Positions 49,223-53,176 of a DNA stretch of 53,176 bases are shown piece after piece. Each line of letters starts with the position of its first letter. Positions within the stretch are counted from its first letter, which is position 1. A model generated the notes under the pieces. That model did not search any database and was not told the DNA's origin. It worked only from the letters and a program-made list of their open reading frames with translations. The stretch spans positions 1 to 53,176 of the forward strand of contig CBFGJV010000003.1 of the NCBI GenBank assembly GCA_965649205.1. The letters are read 5' to 3'. The DNA is from a candidate division WOR-3 bacterium (GTDB taxonomy: Bacteria; Hydrothermota; Tepidihabitantia; Tepidihabitantales; Tepidihabitantaceae). Made by a program: the position numbers and the translations under genes.

Positions 49223-49519
49223 CTAGTTGCCCGCCCGTGTCGTTCCGCTAGTCCCTGCATTTCTCTTTTTACTTCTCCATTGTCTCCACTGCCTAACACG
49301 CATGGTAAGATAGAGAATACCGCCAGACACAGCAAGGAAAATAAATCCCGGAGTCAGAACAAAAACAATATACCTCCAGACAAGTGACCAGGTATGCAAC
49401 CCATAGGTGAAAGACGTAAAGATACCCGTTCCCAGTAAAAACCCCGTGACTGCTTGAATGAGTAACGGTACCGCCAAGGTAAAACCGACAATAAGATGCA
49501 ATTTGCGCAGAAGATTCAT
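49223..49519 (-). CDS. Small PepSY-associated TM-type membrane protein
   Basis: LRKLHLIVG...TG and second His motif LHTW; two TM helices; ATGA overlap with the nitroreductase stop. Confidence 0.7.
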   Translation of the reverse strand: MNLLRKLHLIVGFTLAVPLLIQAVTGFLLGTGIFTSFTYGLHTWSLVWRYIVFVLTPGFIFLAVSGGILYLTMRVRQWRQWRSKKRNAGTSGTTRAGN

Positions 49520-50091
49520 AACTTATCCTTACCTTCCGCACCGTAACGATTAAAGAAAGCCACTTCTTCCAGGGGCAGTCGTTCAGGCCGTTTCTTTTCC
49601 CACTCTACCTGTTTCTCTGAAAGCAACGGGCTGATCGTTTCTGCGTGCTTGCCAATAATTACCAGCGTTACCACCTGCATATGGGCCGGAATATTCAGAA
49701 TACTCCTCACCAGTTCTGGTTTATACCCGGCTATGGGATGGGCTACTAATCCCAGCTCTGTCGCCCGCAGGATAAGAAACGCAGTCTGCAATCCGGCATC
49801 AAACAGGTAGTATTCCCGGTCGCGAATGACACAGTCTGCTTCCTTCTCTGCCAGTACCACAACCACAAGCGATGCCATCTGGCACCATTCGTTACCCTTG
49901 TTATACACCTCTCTCATCTTTGCCAGCATATCCGGCGCATAAACAAACACAAACCTGGCAGGCTGGTTATTGAAACAACTCGGCGCCAGCTGCGCACATC
50001 TGGCCAAATCCCGCATAAGCTCCTCGTTGATTTCCACTGGCGCTAACGACCGATAAGCCCGACGTTCGTTGATAGCGTCAATTACATTCAT
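49516..50091 (-). CDS. Nitroreductase family protein
   Basis: RRAYR; APSCFNNQP; DAG...L.ATELGL. Confidence 0.92.
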   Translation of the reverse strand: MNVIDAINERRAYRSLAPVEINEELMRDLARCAQLAPSCFNNQPARFVFVYAPDMLAKMREVYNKGNEWCQMASLVVVVLAEKEADCVIRDREYYLFDAGLQTAFLILRATELGLVAHPIAGYKPELVRSILNIPAHMQVVTLVIIGKHAETISPLLSEKQVEWEKKRPERLPLEEVAFFNRYGAEGKDKL

Positions 50092-50122
50092 CTAATCCCC
50101 CGGTCTTCTACCTTTTCTTCAT

Positions 50123-51415
50123 CTAACCCCTGACCGCCAGACTGACATTATCACACACAATAGCCGGACTGCGCACCATGTAGCCCGCATGCACCCGGTT
50201 TTCAATTCCCACCACCTCTTTTAGCGTCTCATATACGTTCCCCGCAACCATGGCATTCTTCACATGACCCACGATCTCGCCCTTTTCCACAAGGAGTCCT
50301 GGCGAAAGCCCGATGGAGTATTCGCCAGCCAGTATATTGCCAGAATGTGCTCCCATAGCCCCGGCTACGATAATGCCCGAATCCATTTCCTTGAGCAGCT
50401 GCGCAAAACTCAGCTTCCCCGGCTTTACCGTCAGGTGAGCAAGTTCCGGTCCTGGCCGGGTAGTTATATCCTGACGATAACCATTTCCGGTTGGTTCTAC
50501 TCGGTTTTTCCAAGCGTAATACCGGTCATAGTAAAACCCACGCAGACACCCGTTTTCCACAATCGCTCTATTTCTCGTAGGGGTACCCTCGTCGTCAAAA
50601 CTGCGTGCCCCCGGAACAGCATCGTTGTGGGGCTCGTCCCATACCGAAAGCTGAGAAGAGAATATAGTTTCGCCCAACTTGTCCAAAAGCGGTGAAACCT
50701 TCTCGTAAACTGTCTGTCCACTGGTCGCCGCCGTAAGGCGCCAAAAAAGAGAATAGATAGTATAGGGCAAAAACAACGCCCTCGTTCTTCCGGTTTTTAC
50801 CTTCACCTCTCTCTCTGATTGGTTGAACATATCTGCCACAAATGACATATCTGTCTCTGCCACAGGGGTAAAACTCTTGGCATCAGTGATATGCACTATG
50901 GAGGAATAAGACCCCGGATACATTACGGCAAAGTAGTTAGAATAATTAGACAGACGACAGGAAACATCAGTTCCCCGACTGTTCAACAAGCGGATAGTAA
51001 TGATGCTGCGAGCAGCGCTCGTGTTAACCTGAGTCTTCACTCGCTTGGTTAGAAACTCACATATTCTACCGCATTCATCCGCCAGTTTTTCAGTAGTAAG
51101 TCTCTCTATATTTGCATCGAACGTATGCAATTGCCCTGCATCCTTGGTCAGCGGCAACTCGTAACCAGCCTCTACTCTTGCCTTCAAGCTGGTAAGAGCA
51201 TTCTGTATCAACTCTTCCCGGTCAATCAAATTGCGGGTATAGGCCATACCCATCTTGCCGTCTCGGAAGAGCATCAGGCTAACCCCGGACTGTCGCGAAC
51301 TTTCTATATCCTTCAGTTTGGCATTTTCAAATGAAACATTGTCTGTCACAACAGACCGGAAGTAAATGACTACTCCGTCCGCGTACTTTCGGGCGAGTTC
51401 TAGGAGTCTTTCCAT
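50123..51415 (-). CDS. TldE/PmbA family protein
   Basis: SFDDEGTP; TGNG; GEYS...MVAGNVY; lacks HExxxH; follows tldD. Confidence 0.88.
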   Translation of the reverse strand: MERLLELARKYADGVVIYFRSVVTDNVSFENAKLKDIESSRQSGVSLMLFRDGKMGMAYTRNLIDREELIQNALTSLKARVEAGYELPLTKDAGQLHTFDANIERLTTEKLADECGRICEFLTKRVKTQVNTSAARSIITIRLLNSRGTDVSCRLSNYSNYFAVMYPGSYSSIVHITDAKSFTPVAETDMSFVADMFNQSEREVKVKTGRTRALFLPYTIYSLFWRLTAATSGQTVYEKVSPLLDKLGETIFSSQLSVWDEPHNDAVPGARSFDDEGTPTRNRAIVENGCLRGFYYDRYYAWKNRVEPTGNGYRQDITTRPGPELAHLTVKPGKLSFAQLLKEMDSGIIVAGAMGAHSGNILAGEYSIGLSPGLLVEKGEIVGHVKNAMVAGNVYETLKEVVGIENRVHAGYMVRSPAIVCDNVSLAVRG

Positions 51416-52779
51416 TATCTACCTCCAATCACCAAGTCTTCAACCAGAACATGGGGAGCGCCGTGGCAGGAGCGAATATTCATTTGCCCCTTGCCACAAC
51501 CACCGATTTCTCCCAGCTTCAAGTCGTTTCCCACTGCTCTGATACTCTCCAAGGTATGGTAAAGGTTACCCCCAATGTTGATGTCCCGTACCATCCGCGT
51601 CGTCTTTCCTCCTTTGACTACAAAACCGTACTGTGCCCCGAAAGTAAAATTCTCCCCTGAGGTCTGCCCCCCCATGGCGTTGCACAGATAAAGCCCATCT
51701 CCCAGCATAGCCAGCAGTTCTTCCAAACTGGACGGCCCTGGTTCTATGTAAATGTTGCCCATCCGGATAATAGGTGCGTACCGATAATCCTCAGCCACGC
51801 AGTGACCAGAAAGAGGTTCGCCGAAGGCGGCCGCTGTACGCCGCGAATGCAACCGCCCCACCAGCACACCATTTTTCATTAGCTGCGTCGGTCTTGCTGC
51901 CACGCCTTCGTCGTCATACTTATAGAACCCCAACTGGTGTGGCATCGTCGGGTCGTCCTTGATATTTACGACCTCGCTGCCCAATCTCGCCCCCACCTTC
52001 ATCTTTTCCCGCATGGTGGGAGAGTCTTCTATCAGGTCGGCCTCGGAAAAGTGCCCGAATGCCTCGTGCGTGAAAACTCCGGCCAGGCGCTGATCCAGCA
52101 CGACCCGATAGGTCCCCGCCTTCACCGGTTCTGCCGAAAGCAAATCCTCAGCCAGTTCCACCCGTTGTTCCATATCAGCTTCGCGCCCCACCAGTCTGCC
52201 GTATCCATCGCTGCCACCAAATCCTACTCTCACAGTTTGCGTAAGATTACCGTCTTTGGATATAATACTTCCCAGAATACGCACCGTGACCAATTCTTCT
52301 TCTATTTCAGTACCATCCGTGCTGACAAAGCTCTTTTCTCTAATGAGCTCTCCGTACCCCAACTGAGTCGTTGCCACTTTCCTGCTCGCCAAAGCCATAT
52401 CATTGTACTTACGAGTCTGAGCTAGTTTCTCGTCTAGATCAACCTGGCGCGGGTCTCGGTCCAGCAAAGGACGAAATCTATCTTTCACAACTGCGGTCGC
52501 AGCCAACCGCACAGGCTCCTTGGCCTGCCGGCCTACAAGTTTTGCATTCTGAACGCAGGTAGCTGCAGCCTCGGCAAAGTCTTCAGACTTGGTGAACGCT
52601 ATACTGGACATCCCGCCACCAGCCAATACCCGCAAGACATACCCGTCGGCAGAGCTGGAAGAAAGACCGGTAAGTTCTCTGCCGTTAAAGCTGAATTTGG
52701 TTTCTCGTACCATTTCATACCGCAGGTCAGCATAGTCAACGTCTAGACTTGCCAGCATCGTCTTCAGTTTTTCAAGCAT
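51415..52779 (-). CDS. tldD: TldD family metalloprotease
   Basis: HEAFGHFSEAD; YDDEG; RMGN; GGCGKG; GGAG SD. Confidence 0.92.
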   Translation of the reverse strand: MLEKLKTMLASLDVDYADLRYEMVRETKFSFNGRELTGLSSSSADGYVLRVLAGGGMSSIAFTKSEDFAEAAATCVQNAKLVGRQAKEPVRLAATAVVKDRFRPLLDRDPRQVDLDEKLAQTRKYNDMALASRKVATTQLGYGELIREKSFVSTDGTEIEEELVTVRILGSIISKDGNLTQTVRVGFGGSDGYGRLVGREADMEQRVELAEDLLSAEPVKAGTYRVVLDQRLAGVFTHEAFGHFSEADLIEDSPTMREKMKVGARLGSEVVNIKDDPTMPHQLGFYKYDDEGVAARPTQLMKNGVLVGRLHSRRTAAAFGEPLSGHCVAEDYRYAPIIRMGNIYIEPGPSSLEELLAMLGDGLYLCNAMGGQTSGENFTFGAQYGFVVKGGKTTRMVRDINIGGNLYHTLESIRAVGNDLKLGEIGGCGKGQMNIRSCHGAPHVLVEDLVIGGR

Positions 52780-52804
52780 GTTTACTCCCTTCCGGTGTGT
52801 CCTT

Positions 52805-52832
52805 ACTGTAGATTGCCCGGCTGCGAAGTCAA
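52805..52832 (-). promoter_or_regulatory. sigma70-like promoter of the tldD operon
   Basis: TTGACT-N16-TACAGT; short leader with SD. Confidence 0.6.
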
Positions 52833-52851
52833 GCGGAAGCTCCTCAGTCCC

Positions 52852-53175
52852 TCAACGAACTACCACTACTCGGTGCAACCTTGCTGGTGAATCCGCGGGC
52901 TCGGTCAAAACAAAATACACCCCCGCAGAAACCATTTTTCTCTCTTTCACCACCCTGCCGCATGCGTCCATTACCAGCGCCGCATCCGGCAAATGCCGCA
53001 GATTGCTTGCGTACACAGGCCAGAAAAACTTTCCCCCCCGCAAACCCGGCCTTTCTTTTTCTTTAACGGCCGGATTTGTCGCCTCCCAGAATCTCTGCGC
53101 CAACTCGCCCAAAAACCGACGTGCGATCCGGGGAGAGTACATGATAATGACATTCTCGTCATTGGACGCATTGCC
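52852..53175 (-). CDS. 3' end of a gene truncated by the window edge: probable PLD-like domain followed by a short T9SS-like tail
   Basis: Frame is open to the edge: GNASNDENVIIMYSPRIARRFLGELAQRF resembles a PLD/Nuc C-terminal N.EN motif; tail DACGRVV...GVYFV...RVVVVR. Confidence 0.6.
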   Translation of the reverse strand, partial: GNASNDENVIIMYSPRIARRFLGELAQRFWEATNPAVKEKERPGLRGGKFFWPVYASNLRHLPDAALVMDACGRVVKERKMVSAGVYFVLTEPADSPARLHRVVVVR

Positions 53176-53176
53176 T

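Overview
Bacterial chromosomal window. Gene content (signal-peptide proteins with T9SS/FlgD-like C-terminal domains, a C25/PorU-like protease, GWxTD proteins) suggests an anaerobic diderm such as candidate division WOR-3; that assignment is inference. The left ~4.9 kb looks accessory: a 5'-truncated ORF resembling a tandem rudivirus (SIRV2-type) capsid fold, a TdeIII/MjaII-like type II R-M pair, a small ORF and a secreted propeller protein. Next is an unusual four-gene operon (corrinoid protein, two 2-hydroxyacyl-CoA dehydratase-family Fe-S subunits, MtaA/UroD-family methyltransferase). The rest is housekeeping and envelope genes (prfA-prmC-nadK-recN, thiC, carAB, smpB, amidase, murI, rluD, tldD/E), plus a 1905-aa modular surface protein. 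Many genes have near-consensus sigma70 promoters with a 16-17 bp spacer whose -10 lies 6-10 nt before the start codon, implying widespread leaderless or near-leaderless mRNAs. No tRNA, rRNA, tmRNA, CRISPR array, transposase or integrase was recognised. All homology calls are by eye or from memory; no searches were run.
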